Assembly (NCBI RefSeq): GCF_018350175.1
Contig: NC_058369.1
Coordinates: 18,540,001 to 18,604,000, forward strand
Length of the DNA stretch: 64,000 bases
Direction: 5' to 3'
Origin: Felis catus
Lineage: Eukaryota
Shown here: positions 1 to 11,999 of the stretch, piece by piece
How positions within the stretch are numbered: position 1 is the first letter of the stretch
Layout of the letters: the number at the start of each line of letters is the position of its first letter
Translations under genes and position numbers: made by a program
Notes under the pieces: generated by a model
What the model was told of the DNA's origin: nothing
The model's database searches: none
What the model saw: only the letters and a program-made list of their open reading frames with translations

Positions 1-454
1 GCCTCCAGATCCAGGAGTCAGACAATGCCCCCCACCCCTAGGGCCACTCAGCCATCACAAATTCCTGAACAAGAAGCCTCATGCGCAGGGCTGGAAGGGG
101 AGGAGGAACAAAGCTAGGTGAGCCCAGGACCCTGCCCAATCCCAGGGTTTTGATCCTCATGCACTAAGAAAGTTTTCACCCCTTCCCACCTTGGGAGACC
201 TCCCTGATCTGGTGGGGCTTCTGTACCCCTCCCCACTCAGTACTGAGAGCCCCACCTCACACTTAATCCATGACACCTAGGACTTGCTGCTTCATCCCAC
301 CCAGACCTGGGACAACTCAGTCCATTCCCCAAACCCCAAGATGGAAACTTCAAAGTGCATCTTGATGATCCCATGAGCTCCACAGCAATACTCCAAAATA
401 CTGTGAGGCTGGCCTCACAGCCTCCCCACTGGATGGACAGTCTGAGGTTGAGAG

Positions 455-597
455 GTCATATGAATCACCTGGGGATCATGTTAAAATGCAAGTTCCGATT
501 CAGCGGGTCTACAGCAGCGCCTGACAGTGTATTCCCTAACAAGCTCTTGGTGATAATGAGGCTGTTGGTTTAATGGACTGCCTTTGAATTTCAAGGG
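455..597. mobile_element. MER5-type (hAT-Charlie) DNA transposon relic in AMT intron 3
   Basis: Blocks gaatcacctgggga...gttaaaatgca...gattcagcgggtct...taacaagctc..ggtgat resemble the MER5A/B consensus; diverged. Confidence 0.65.
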
Positions 598-849
598 TTT
601 GGCAGCATGGAAAATCACAGAACAGGACATAAACCTGGGTTTCTAGCCTTCCAGCCTGATGTGGTAAGGATGGAATAGCCCCCCCCTCCCCTGCAGATAA
701 CTAGATGTCCAGACATGACACAGGGACCCCATGCCCCAAGACTGCAAGCCCCGAGAAGCTGTATCTGAACATTGCTGTCCTTCCACCCCTCCCCCCATTT
801 GCTGGCTCATGACTAAGAACACCCATTTAGCAAAATAAGAGGGACCCAC

Positions 850-930
850 CTGGTTTGGCCTTAGCTCTGCAATATCTCCAACCACTAGACTCTCCATCAG
901 CTTCACCCGGTCACAACCAAGTATCTTGGT
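850..930 (-). CDS. AMT: AMT exon 3 (aminomethyltransferase, glycine cleavage system T protein); gene continues beyond the left edge
   Basis: 81 nt, [27 protein letters not shown]; acceptor tttttcccag, donor gtgggt; phase 0/0. Confidence 0.97.
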
Positions 931-1326
931 CTGGGAAAAAGATCCAAAACCTCAGACCACAGTAATCGCTGCAATCAGGAAAGCCACTGGACAAGGAGGC
1001 ATCCTCCCTGCCATCCACAGTACAGCCCAATGCAGCCTAAGTGCCTGAGCAGTCTTTTGGTTCTGTGGATGGCAGATCCCCACCTTCTGGTTCCCCCACA
1101 TCCGCCAACACAGGAGGGGGTGCAATGGAGGTGTTTAGGAAACTTGAAAGGGCCCAGCACCATCATGAAATACCCTCTTTTCCAAACCAACACCCAGGAC
1201 AGTTGATGAGAATGGGCGCCAGCCCTGGGAAACCCAGGACATAAAGTCATGCTACTAAGAGGGAGTAGGCTGAAGAGATTAAAGAGGAGACCATCAAGAG
1301 ATCCTCTGAGTTAATTTCCTGGGCTA

Positions 1327-1668
<342 letters not shown>

Positions 1669-1730
1669 TCAACCCCCACCCTTCCCGCCCCTCCAAAATT
1701 GGCACCATGCCCCAGTACCCTCTATCCCAC

Positions 1731-1820
1731 CTGTGCACAACTGAGTGGACGGCCCAGGGCCGACGGGAGCGCCTGCAGACGCAAGCCCAGATGGGCCACC
1801 ATGCTTACTGCCCGCTGCAT
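1731..1820 (-). CDS. AMT: AMT exon 1 coding part (mitochondrial transit peptide)
   Basis: ATG at 1820 in acaATGc context; 90 nt [30 protein letters not shown], Arg-rich with no acidic residues; donor gtggga. Confidence 0.96.
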
Positions 1821-2000
1821 TGTTGCCCGCAAATGGTGCAGCCGGCACACAGAGGCCACCACTCTGCCAGGCACGCTGGGAGATGTAGTCCAGGCTCTGC
1901 TTGGACAGGTCTCTCTCCCATAAAGGGGATCAGAAGGGGCGGGCAGCCCAAAAGGCAGGCAGCCCTAAGGGCAGGCGGGGCTTTAGAGCAGAGTGCAGAG
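1821..2000 (-). promoter_or_regulatory. AMT: AMT 5'UTR/proximal promoter with ZNF143/THAP11-type motif and GC boxes
   Basis: Minus-strand ACTACATCTCCCAGCGTGCC at 1870-1889; GGGCGG / GGCGGGG boxes near 1938 and 1974. Confidence 0.7.
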
Positions 2001-2334
2001 ACTCCTATCTGTAGGGAAACAGCCCCAGGTGCTTCCAGCTGATCTTTCTGGGCAGATTAGGCAGTCCAAACCAGTTAAGCTGCTCGGAGTCAGAGCCAGG
2101 GGCTAGACCTCCCCTTGATGACAGCCCAGACTCCAAAAGGCCAAAGTTCCATAAAGGGCTGGAAGGCCTGAACTGCACATTCAGGACACCCGGAGTGCAA
2201 GGTCACATGGGGAGGGGAAGGGGGGGGGGGGAGCACGCAGGAAGGTGGAGCCAGCCTGGCAGGCTGAGCACATCAGTAAACTGGCCTCTAGTGAGGGTCT
2301 CCAGCTCTCCCACTGGGAGGACACAGGCAGCCAG

Positions 2335-2435
2335 CAGTCATGCATTTCACAAGTCTTTATTGATCTTGCTGCACACTAGGCCCTGTGCTGGGTACTGGAG
2401 ACACAGCCATGAATGAAGCACAGTCCCTGCCACCC
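2335..2435 (-). mobile_element. LINE-2 3' end relic at the NICN1 3' terminus
   Basis: tttattga...ggccctgtgctgggtactggagacacagc.atgaa matches the reverse complement of the L2 3' terminus. Confidence 0.65.
2356..2361 (-). terminator. NICN1: Probable NICN1 polyadenylation signal AATAAA
   Basis: tttatt on + strand; the only canonical minus-strand AATAAA I saw between the NICN1 stop and the AMT promoter. Confidence 0.7.
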
Positions 2436-2458
2436 CCTCAAGGACCTCCTCCTATACT

Positions 2459-2459
2459 T

Positions 2460-2519
<60 letters not shown>

Positions 2520-2557
2520 TCTCACTCTCTCTCTGTCTCCCCCCTCTCTCTCTCTCT
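2459..2557. repeat. Compound microsatellite (CT)n(CA)n(CT)n in NICN1 3'UTR
   Basis: Directly visible. Confidence 0.95.
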
Positions 2558-3657
2558 GAAGGCTGCTACTCCCGGAGCACAGGACTGTGGTCATTACCCT
2601 CTTAGCAAAAGCTAAATGAGGCTAAATAAATGACCCCACAGGCAAAGATAACACCTGCAAGAACTGTAATAGTTAAGAGCAGAAGGTAGCCACCAAAAGG
2701 TAGCTGACCTGACTCCAGAAAGCTGTTGAGCCACACAAACTTCCAATTTTCCAGGTCTAACACATATGCTGCTGCAGCATAGTGCCCTGGAGCAAAGCCA
2801 GGAAAAAACAAAAGGTAGATTTTCTCATAAGAGTAGCCTGCCTTATTCAGCAGCAGGCCTGGGGTTATGGCAGACCTCAGCCTCCTGAAAGACACCAGTG
2901 CAAATGCCCACCTGGACCCACACCCTACCAAGGTTGGTCTTTCATCACACTTAGCATGATTCTTGAAGGGGGAAGCTGGGAGAAGGGACAGGGTGTGCTT
3001 TAGGCAAAAAGGTCCCAGAACTCATTAGACACCAGTCTTGCCAGAGACACTGCCCAGGCTGGATGGGCAGGCCCATTTGAACACACATCCAGGAGCCAGC
3101 TCTGGGACCAAGGGATTCAGGCTGCCCAAATCCCCAGCTTCACTCCCTAGGCAGACAGCAGGAGTTAGGACAGGAAATTTCTTCTTCTGGGCATAAGAAA
3201 GAAGACCACTAGGGGGCGCAGAAGGAAGACGTGGGCTCCGGTTTTTCCTTGAGCTTCCAAACTACATGACTGCCATGGCTACAGCAGCCTTCCAATGATA
3301 GAGCAGGTTTTAGTAGGTCACCCCAGTGCACTGCATTCAGGGTGAAGGAGCAGGCAGAAGACTGGAGTGTGCATGTTGGCAGAAGGGGATTCTTAGTAAA
3401 CAGAACTGGAATGTTTTCAGGGTAGGAAAAGGAGTTTCAGGTTGCAGTCAGATGAGGACAGAGTACATCCCTGCTGAGAACTCATGCTGAAGCAACTCAG
3501 TTTAGCCCCCAAGAATCTTGAATCTGTGAACGTGGCCCAGACACAGTGGGCATGCAGGCAACACTTGTAATGCACAGGGAAAGCACTTCAGCCTCTGGTG
3601 GCCTAAACCAGGTCTGGGTGGGCATGGAAGGCCAACATCTTGGCTAAGAGCCATGGT

Positions 3658-3699
3658 TCAAGTGTAGGAAAGCAAGTTCAGGTCATAACAGCCATCCAC
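3658..3699 (-). CDS. NICN1: NICN1 exon 6 coding part (nicolin 1)
   Basis: VDGCYDLNLLSYT*; acceptor gtgtttcag; TGA at 3658-3660. Confidence 0.95.
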   Translation of the reverse strand: MDGCYDLNLLSYT

Positions 3700-3772
3700 C
3701 TGAAACACAAAACACCGTCAATCTGACCGGCTCAGGGCAACAGGAGCCAAGCAGGGGGAAGCGATCACTCAC

Positions 3773-3877
3773 ATCAAAGCGGCCGATCCTTGTGGAGGTG
3801 TGACTGGCCCGGATCATCTCTGTCAGCGCCCACATCTGCTGCACCTCGGAGGATACCCTGCTGGGGTCTGGGAGACC
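3773..3877 (-). CDS. NICN1: NICN1 exon 5
   Basis: 105 nt GLPDPSRVSSEVQQMWALTEMIRASHTSTRIGRFD; donor gtgagt. Confidence 0.95.
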
Positions 3878-4217
3878 CTGCTCCAGAAGGAGGGGTCAGT
3901 GGCCATGGGTCCGTCCCCAGCACTGCCCTTAAAGCTCCAGAGAGGCCAAGTTGGTCTACAGGGCCCTCAAACTAAGACCAGTAACATTCCCAGATAACTG
4001 GTAACACATAAGGTTAGGGCCTGATCTGCAGTAGGCAGCCCAGCCCCACTCAGAGATGCCTCAAATCCCATGGACCACCCCTGAGGAAGATGGCACAGAG
4101 TGAACCAAGGGCCCTGGGTCCAGTCCCAGATTTTTTCAGAAAGAGGCCCAGGTGGGGCCTCCTGTGCTGGACACAGGGCCTATTCACACATGGTTTTTAC
4201 CCAGGATGAGGGCTTAC

Positions 4218-4289
4218 CTCAATGAGGGGAGCAGGCTGCTCACAAGGCACTGGGTGGGAGAGCCACTTGGGGAAGGTCATGGAGGGGCT
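4218..4289 (-). CDS. NICN1: NICN1 exon 4
   Basis: 72 nt SPSMTFPKWLSHPVPCEQPAPLIE; acceptor ctttgcag, donor gtaagc. Confidence 0.95.
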
Positions 4290-4739
4290 CTGCAAAGCAA
4301 AGGCATACTTCTCTGAAGGAGGCAGAGTGGGAGAGCCCTAGGACCATATTCCAAGGTCCTCAGAACAGAGAGAAGGGCACCTAAGCCTCAGACGCTGAGA
4401 AAACCCTGTTCAGGGGTCCACAGAAGTCCAAGGGGGCATTCAGACTACCTAAGTTCTTCTGCTATGCAGGAGGCCCCAGGAACACAAGGAACAAAAGTAT
4501 CTCCCAGACCCTAAAGTCTCAAGCTCTGAGAGAGGCAGGTGACCTCAAAGGTCAGAGGATATGAGAACATGGCTTGAACTCTCGCCATGAACTTCCAGCA
4601 TTCCCACCTGACTAATTTCCATGAAGGCCTCCTTCTGAGTCTTACCATCCACTTCCAGCCCCACACCCAACATCCCTAGCCATAGCTAAGAGCCTCCTTG
4701 GGAAAGGGCCAACCCAACAGCTCTGAGCTGGTCACTTAC

Positions 4740-4853
4740 CTTTGATCCCTGCTGGTAAATCTGCAGTTCTTCCACTGTGAAAGACAGCCACAGTGGTGAT
4801 GGCTGTCGCAGAATCAGGCGCAGCTCCAGTACTCTGGCCATGTCACACAGCAT
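4740..4853 (-). CDS. NICN1: NICN1 exon 3
   Basis: 114 nt MLCDMARVLELRLILRQPSPLWLSFTVEELQIYQQGSK; donor gtaagt. Confidence 0.96.
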
Positions 4854-5108
4854 CTGACATACATACACACACACACACACAAAAGGACCCAGCAAGGCCC
4901 TAGCTCACTGCCCAAGAGCCTCCCAACCAGCAGTGAATGAAGATGCTGCCTCCCCAGACCTTTGAGAAGGAAAGAATAGTAATCCCTCTAAGGCACAGGC
5001 CCAGGCCAACCTCGCCTCCCCTCTTCCTTCCTGGTATCCTGGCCCAATCCCCAGACCCGCTGTGAGCCCTCATCTGGACTCCCCTAGTCATGCTGAGTCC
5101 CAGCTGAC

Positions 5109-5285
5109 CTGGTGCTTGAACAGCGATACATATTCTTGGGCTCCCTCCTCACTGTGTGGGTCAGGCATGAGGCAGTAGTCCCGCAGGCAGGTCACCCACT
5201 TGGCCGGTGTGTGCGGTGAGGTGTGCTGGCGAACACGAATGCTCAAAAAGGCTGTGTAGTAATTCTTAAACATGATCTCCTGTAA
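5109..5285 (-). CDS. NICN1: NICN1 exon 2
   Basis: 177 nt LQEIMFKNYYTAFLSIRVRQH...EEGAQEYVSLFKHQ; acceptor gctctag, donor gtcagc. Confidence 0.96.
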
Positions 5286-6384
5286 CTAGAGCACAAACAA
5301 CCCACCATGACAAATCAGACCCAGGGCCTGAGAGGCTCAAACATACCATCTCCTCCCCTTAGGAATGTACTCTACTACCAATCTAACAACTTCAGCAAGC
5401 ATCCGCTGGGGCCCAAAGCCAATTTCACTTCCCTAGAAGAGCTCATAGTCTAAATGAGCAGGTCATACAAATAAACCATGACTGCAGATCTTTTCACAAG
5501 TCTAAGATGCTGCCAGGTCAGAACCCTAACTCTAGAGAAGGCAGAAAACATGGCCTGAAGATGAGGCCTGAAGGAGTTCATCAAGTGAACCAGGAAAGAT
5601 AGACAGTGTAAAAGTAACATATGCAAAGGGGCACCAAGGGGTGAGAAAACCTGGCCTACCTCTGAAATGGCAGTGATTCAGCCCGGCACCAGGAATTCTC
5701 ATCATCGGACACTCATCAGAATCACCCAAATAAGTTTTTTGTTTATTTTGTTTTTGTTTTAATATAGATGAATAGGCTCCACCCTAGGTCTACTGAATCA
5801 AGATTTACAGAGTTGGTCCATTTAGTGAAGTTTCCTAGCTTATAGCAAGAAACAGCTTGAAAGATGACCACACACTATAGGACAAAGTGCATGGGGTCAA
5901 GAGGCAGGCAGGGTGCAGACACAGGTGGCCCTCAGGCCACTAGAAAGTGGACTTTGTCCTCTGTGCTGAGGTCTTGTCGTGTTAGTCACTCTGTCAGTAG
6001 ATGTGGACTGGACAGGCAACTGGAGATTGGAACCTGGGGCCATTAGGATGATCATGATGAGGAATGAGCTGAATCTGACCTGGCAAGCAAGGACTGTAAG
6101 AATGGGCAGGAGGCAGGTTTTGAGGTAACTCATTGCCTAATGATCCCTAGCCCAGTGGCCAGGAACACCTCTCTTTGGCTCACAACTATATTACCAGCAT
6201 CACCCTACTATCTTGGCACTTCTACACCAGCCCTGTCCTGGATACGGGGCAGAGATGTTGAAGAGAACAGGTCAGAACGCTGCATTCTAGTAAATATGTG
6301 TTAACTGAAGGAATAAGTAAATGGTTAACTGGCTCACAAGGGCAAGAACACTGCAGAGGCTTTCTGTGAAAGATTAAATACCCA

Positions 6385-6960
6385 GGACACGCCCTAGTTC
6401 CCGGGTCAGCCCCGCCCAGGAGCCCCGGTCGCGCCCACGGGGCTTGCTCACCTCGAAGGGCGCGACGCTGGGGAAGGTGACATCGATGACCAGCACACCA
6501 GGCCGGCCTTGGGAGGTTCGCACGTCGCCCACCTGCAGGGCCACGGTGCCTTTCACATGGCAAGGCACCGACACGCGGGACATGGTGTCAACAGCCGCGA
6601 CCAAACCCAACCGCCGCTCCTGGCCTTGGTCCACTGGCTTTCCCGGCGTTCCCAGCCGAGTCCCAAGAACTACAACTCCCGGAAAGACTCGCGCTGGGCC
6701 AGCCCAGCCAATTACAGATGCTCTGGGCCTGCAGGGAGTCGGAAGTGCCTGCGGAAGTGTCCCTTCAGCCAATCACGGCGCGAGCATTTAGAAGGCGTCG
6801 TGGGGCCCTGCCCCGAAATGTCCGAGCCATTCTATATCTGAGCTGTCCTGACCCTTCACTGCTCCGAGTCTTGCGCCGTTACTGGTTCTGTCCCGGGCAG
6901 TCGTTGCTTAAAACTCGTAAAGCCACGAGCACTACTGAGCTTTGTGCCCGGCCGACATTA
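6385..6960. promoter_or_regulatory. NICN1: NICN1 CpG island promoter
   Basis: CpG-rich; ACTACAACTCCC (6669-6680), tandem CGGAAGTG ETS/GABPA sites (6740-6747, 6752-6759), AGCCAATCA CCAAT box (6767-6775). Confidence 0.85.
6452..6583 (-). CDS. NICN1: NICN1 exon 1 coding part
   Basis: accATG at 6583; 132 nt MSRVSVPCHVKGTVALQVGDVRTSQGRPGVLVIDVTFPSVAPFE; donor gtgagc; the six exons sum to 213 aa plus stop. Confidence 0.97.
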
Positions 6961-6996
6961 GTTTCAAAAATAGGTATGAACGCCTCCCCTTTTTTT

Positions 6997-8420
6997 TAAT
7001 GGACAAAGGATTTGAACAGATAATTTACAAAAGAATATAAATAGCCAATAAACCAATGAAAAGATGCTTAACATGGTTATTCATCAGGGAAGTGCAAATC
7101 ACAACTCCCACAAACCCACCGAATAGGCTAAAACTAAAGACGCCAAGATGTGGAATGCCTGGAACCTTAATCCACTGGTAATTTCCAGCCATTTTTAAAA
7201 AGTTTGGCATTTCTTTAAAAACGGAATTTCAGGGTGCCTGGGTGGCTCAGTCGGCTAAGCATCTGACTTTCCTTCCTTCCTTCCTTCCTTCCTTCCTCCC
7301 TCCCTCCCTCCCTTCCTTCCTTCCTTCCTTCCTTCCTTCCTTCCGCCCCCCAAGCCTCTGACTCTTGATTTCAGCTCAGGTCATAATCTCACAGTTTGTA
7401 AGCCTGCTTGAGATCCCCTCCCCTGTTAGCGCTCTCTCTCTCTCTCAAAAATAAATAACTTAAAAAAATTAAAAAATAAAAACTAAGTTTGTACCTACAG
7501 TATGATCTAGCTATTGTATCCCTAAGTATTTACCCAATAGAAATGAAAGGATATGACTGCTCAAGGAATTTATTCATAATAGCCAGAAATTGGAAGTAAA
7601 TGTCCAATATATAAACAGATAAACTAACTGCAGTGTATCCATAAAACAGAATACTGCTAAAAAATAAAAAGTAATGAACAAATCCAAGTATCTATCAACA
7701 TATGAATGGGTAAACAAATCATGGTATGTACATATAATGGAATTACTCAGCCTTAAAGATGAATGAAACTGATAAATGCTTAGGTGTGAACATTGAAAAT
7801 ATTATGCTAAGCGAAAAAAAAAAACAGACATGAAGGACAAATATTGATTGTATGATTCCACTTACATGGGTTACTTAGAATAGGTGAATTCAGAGACAGA
7901 AAGTAAAAGTAGGTGGCCAGGAACTGGGTGTAAGGGGAAATAGAGAGTTACTGCTTAATAGGTACAAAGTTTCTCTTTAGGATGACGAAAAAAATTATGG
8001 AAATAGTGGTGATGATTATACAACACCATGAAAGTACTTAATGCCACTGACTTAGACACTTAAAATAAGTAAAATGGTAAATATTATGTATATTTTATCA
8101 AAATTTTTAAAAAGGAATGAACATGCATATGCATAACACCACCAGTAGATCTCAAATGTACTATGTTAAGCAAAAAAAGTCAAATCCAAAAGAGTACATA
8201 CTGTATGATTCCACTTAACATGAAATTCTAGAAAAGGCAAAACTAATCTACAGTAATATAAATCAGATTTTTTTTTTTCTGGGACTGGGAGTGAAGGGAA
8301 AGGATTGACTATGAAGAAGTACAAGGGAATACTTCGGGGGTGATCGAAAGGTTCTACAACTTGATTGTGGTGGTAGTTAATATTCATCAAGACACTTATC
8401 AAAATTTATTAAACTGAATA
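6997..8420 (+). mobile_element. Old L1M 3' end fragments interrupted by a SINEC
   Basis: aatggacaaaggatttgaacaga, atgaaaagatgctt, tatgattccacttacatg, aggcaaaactaatcta are typical of L1MB/MC 3' ends. Confidence 0.8.
7232..7480 (+). mobile_element. SINEC with internal (TTCC)n tract
   Basis: gggtgcctgggtggctcagtcgg head, (CT)n and aaaataaataa tail. Confidence 0.85.
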
Positions 8421-8541
8421 TTTGGGGCGCCTGGGTGTCTCAGTCGGTTAAGTGACTGACTCTTGATCTCAGCTCAGGTCTTGGTCTCAGGATGGTGGGC
8501 TCTACGCTGGATTTGAAGCTACTTTAAAAAAAAAAAAAGGA

Positions 8542-8765
8542 GGGGCGCCTGGGTGGTGCAGTCGGTTAAGCGTCCGACTTCAGCCAGGTCACGATCTCAC
8601 GGTCCGTGAGTTTGAGCCCCGCATCGGGCTCTGGGCTGATGGCTCGGAGCCTGGAGCCTGTTTCTGATTCTGTGTCTCCCTCTCTCTCTGGCCCTCCCCC
8701 GTTCATGCTCTGTCTCTCTCTGTCCCAAAAATAAATAAAAAATGTTGAAAAAAAAATTAAAAAAA
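8542..8765 (+). mobile_element. Young felid SINEC_Fc
   Basis: ggggcgcctgggtgg..cagtcggttaagcgtccgacttcagccaggtcacgatc...tctgtcccaaaaataaataaa. Confidence 0.92.
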
Positions 8766-10323
8766 AAGGAAAGAAAGGAAAGAGAAAGAAAGAAAGAAAG
8801 AAAAAGAAAGAGAAAGAAAAAGAAAGGAAAAGGTTTTAGTTTTAAGTAATCTCTACACCCAACATAGGGCTCAAACTAACAACACTGAGATCAGGAGTCA
8901 CATGCTCTACCAACTGACCCAGCCAGACGTCCCAAGATATGTGCATTTTTATTGTATCTAAATTATACCTCAGGAAACATGATTTTGAAAGAACAAAAAA
9001 GAAAGCAAAAAAAAATTAACCATTATGTTTGTCACCATCACCATCCTTCCAGGCACTTGTGCCTCAGAGATCATTGATTAAGCCTATTTTATTGATAACA
9101 AAGCTGAGGCCAGAAGTGGTCCACTGATTTTCTGAACCAATAAAACAGTATAGAGTAGAGATGGAACAAGGCCTTCTTTTGGGCTTCTTCCTCACAAGTC
9201 AGAACCCTCCAGGTAATGGTCAGCTTTGGTGACCTGGGTCTTCTCTGCGTTGAGGAACCCAAAGACACAGGCCCAGTGTAACCTTTAGGGCTCTCATAGT
9301 AGGGTATCAGACAGAAACAAAACTCGAATTTGAGGCCAGCCCAAGGAACAGCCTGGAAGAGTTGTGCCTTCCTAGCCTAGGCACCCAGACTTACAGTGAC
9401 AGAAAACATTCCCTGGCTTCTCACTGACTGTTGTCAAGGGAAAATAACTTGTGTCCTTGGGTCTCTTGGACTGACCATTGCTGTCTCCATTTTGACTCAG
9501 ACTAATGATTCACTGCCTGGGTCTCTCCAGGTTTCTGAGACTTTCCTCTTCATGAAGACCACTCTATCCTGGAGCAGAGGCTTCCCCAACTCCCAAAAGA
9601 TTATAGGTTCCCTGGGAATCATGAGGGTACACACAGTCTCTGGTCTTCAGGACTCACCTCTGAGGGCACAGTCACAGTGTCACCAGCTAGACCCCAAAAC
9701 GAGAACTTAAATGCTCACCTGCTTGTACTTACCGACTTTTGTCCCACATTTTCCCTTAAACTCTTCTTTCCAGTTTGTCTCTTAACTCAGGCAAAAGACC
9801 CCATGGGCATAGAATCCTGGATGGAAACCAGAACAACCACTCAAGGAATAAGGACTGCCTGAATGAGGAACTCTGGCAACCCAGACCACCCAGACCAGTT
9901 TGAGTTTAACCCCTGACTCAGGCCTGCAAAGATGGACCATGGAGTGACCCATGGAGTAACTGACAGTTACCTTTACCTCATTAGAATGCTAAAATCCCTG
10001 CCCAAGAAGAAGTCCAAGCTTCATTTACGTAACATACAACATATGTTCAGGTATGTTTCCTTAAGACACATTTGTAAACTTATGCCCACTTTCACATACA
10101 ATGACAAGGCTTCCATTTCTTCTTCTTCCTTTTTTTTTTTTTGTTTAGTTTATTTATTTGTTTTAGTAATCTCTATACCCAACATGGGGCTCAAACTCAT
10201 GACCCTGAGACCAAGAGTCATGTGTTCTCCCAAGTGAAGCAGGTGTGTGTTCCAAGGCTCCCATTTCTAAATATTCATCTAACCCTAGGGTGGCACCTGG
10301 TTGGCTTTGTCAGTAGAGCATGC

Positions 10324-11129
10324 TGATGTGGGAAACAAAGGCAAAAGAATAAATTTCCTTGCTACTTACATCGAGACAGACAGAATGACCTTCCTCAAAG
10401 AACTCAACTGCCTCAATGTTAATACTTTGCTAGAGGCAAAAAGTAACCTTAACTTGGCTGGAGCCTACCTCCAGGATCCTGTAAGTCTTCTTTAACATAT
10501 AAAAATCCCTTTGGAAACTTCCTTTATCTCTGCCTGCCCAAGATATGTGTTAGCAATCATCCTCTAAATGTATGGCCCATTGATACACATCTGAAGGATC
10601 TCATGACTAATATTTTACTGGACAATAGTAAATAATCTTATCTTAACAGCAGCTCGTCCCTCAAGGTCCTGGAAACCTTGCTTCTAAAATACGTTTAAGA
10701 CTTAAGCTATCCCTACCCACCTCCCAATTTGAAGGTATGTAATCAGTCACCCATCCAACCCCAGTTCAGCTCTTTCTGCCCATGGGTCCTGTCCCCATGC
10801 TTTAATAAAACCATGTTTTTGCACTGAAGATATCTTTTTTAAAATTCTTTAACATTTTTATTTATTATTTTTGAGAGACAGAGATAGACAGAGCTCGAGT
10901 GGGGGAGGGGCAGAGAGAGAGGGAGACACAGAATCTGAAGCAGGCTCCAGACTCAGAGCTGTCAGCACAGAGCCCGATGGGGGCTCGAACTCAGGGACCG
11001 TGAGATCGTGACCTGAGTTGAAGTCGGATACTTAACTGACTGAGCCACCCAGGCATCCCTGCACTGAAGATATCTTAAGAATTCTTTCTTGGCCATTGGC
11101 TCCAAACCCCAACACTTCAAACCACATCA
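10324..11129 (+). mobile_element. Solo LTR with 5-bp TSD, carrying an inserted SINEC
   Basis: Starts TGATGTGG, ends CCACATCA (8-bp inverted termini); CATGC duplicated at 10319-10323 and 11130-11134; AATAAA at ~10804. Confidence 0.85.
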
Positions 11130-11451
11130 CATGCGACTCTTTTTTTTTTTTTTTTTTTTTTTGAAGTACACTCCATACCCAGGGACCTGAGATCAAAACC
11201 TAAGTGGACATCAAAAGTCTGATGCCCAACCAATGAGTCACCCAGGCACTCTGAGCATGAGACTCTTGATCTCAAGGTCATGAGTTCAAGCTCCAGGTTG
11301 AATGTAGAACTTACTTTAAAAAGAGAAGAAAGGAAACTGCTGAGAAATGGTAGAAGGGTGACCAACTGACTGTCTCACGACTATCCCAATTTTGAGGTGC
11401 CTGGCTGGCTCAATCAGTAGAGGATGTGACTTTTTTTTTTTAACCTTTAGT

Positions 11452-11492
<41 letters not shown>

Positions 11493-11999
11493 GCATGAGT
11501 GAGGGAGTGGCAGGGAGAGAGGGAGACACAGAATCAGTAGCAGGCTTCAGGCTCCAAGCTGTCAGCACAGAGCCTGATGCAAGGCTGAAACCCACGAACC
11601 GTGAGATCATGACCTGAGCCGAAATCGGACACTTAACCAACTGAGCCACCCAAGTGCTCCTAGAGCATCTGATTCTTGATCTCAAGGTTATGAGTTCAAG
11701 CCCCATGTGGGGTGGGTTTTAAGATTTTTTAAATCTTAAAAAATAAGTAGCAGTGCCTGGGTGGCTCACTTGGTTAAGCATCCAACTCTTCATCTCAGCT
11801 CAAGTCTTGATCTCAGGGTCCTGAGTACTGGGCCCTGTACTGGGCCCTGCACTGGGCATGAAGCCTACTTAAATACATACACACATACATATATATTCAT
11901 CCTAACCCTAAATAAAAGGAACCCATCCACCCTTGCTCTGGGAGTCAAAGTTGGAAGTTATTTCCTGTGATCCCCTTTGCTGCAAATAAAATGTCCTAA

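Larger units (their letters stand above)
2340..3657 (-). other. NICN1: NICN1 3'UTR (inferred)
   Basis: Between stop codon (3658-3660) and polyA signal (2356-2361). Confidence 0.65.

Noticed and set aside
2209..2232. G-run/MAZ-like element between NICN1 polyA site and AMT promoter as a termination pause site
   Set aside because: It is C-rich on the transcribed sense strand, the wrong orientation for the classic G-rich pause; G4 potential alone is weak evidence
6584..6772. N-terminal extension of the NICN1 exon 1 ORF in the ORF track
   Set aside because: Starts at a non-ATG codon inside the CCAAT box/promoter; the real start is accATG at 6583
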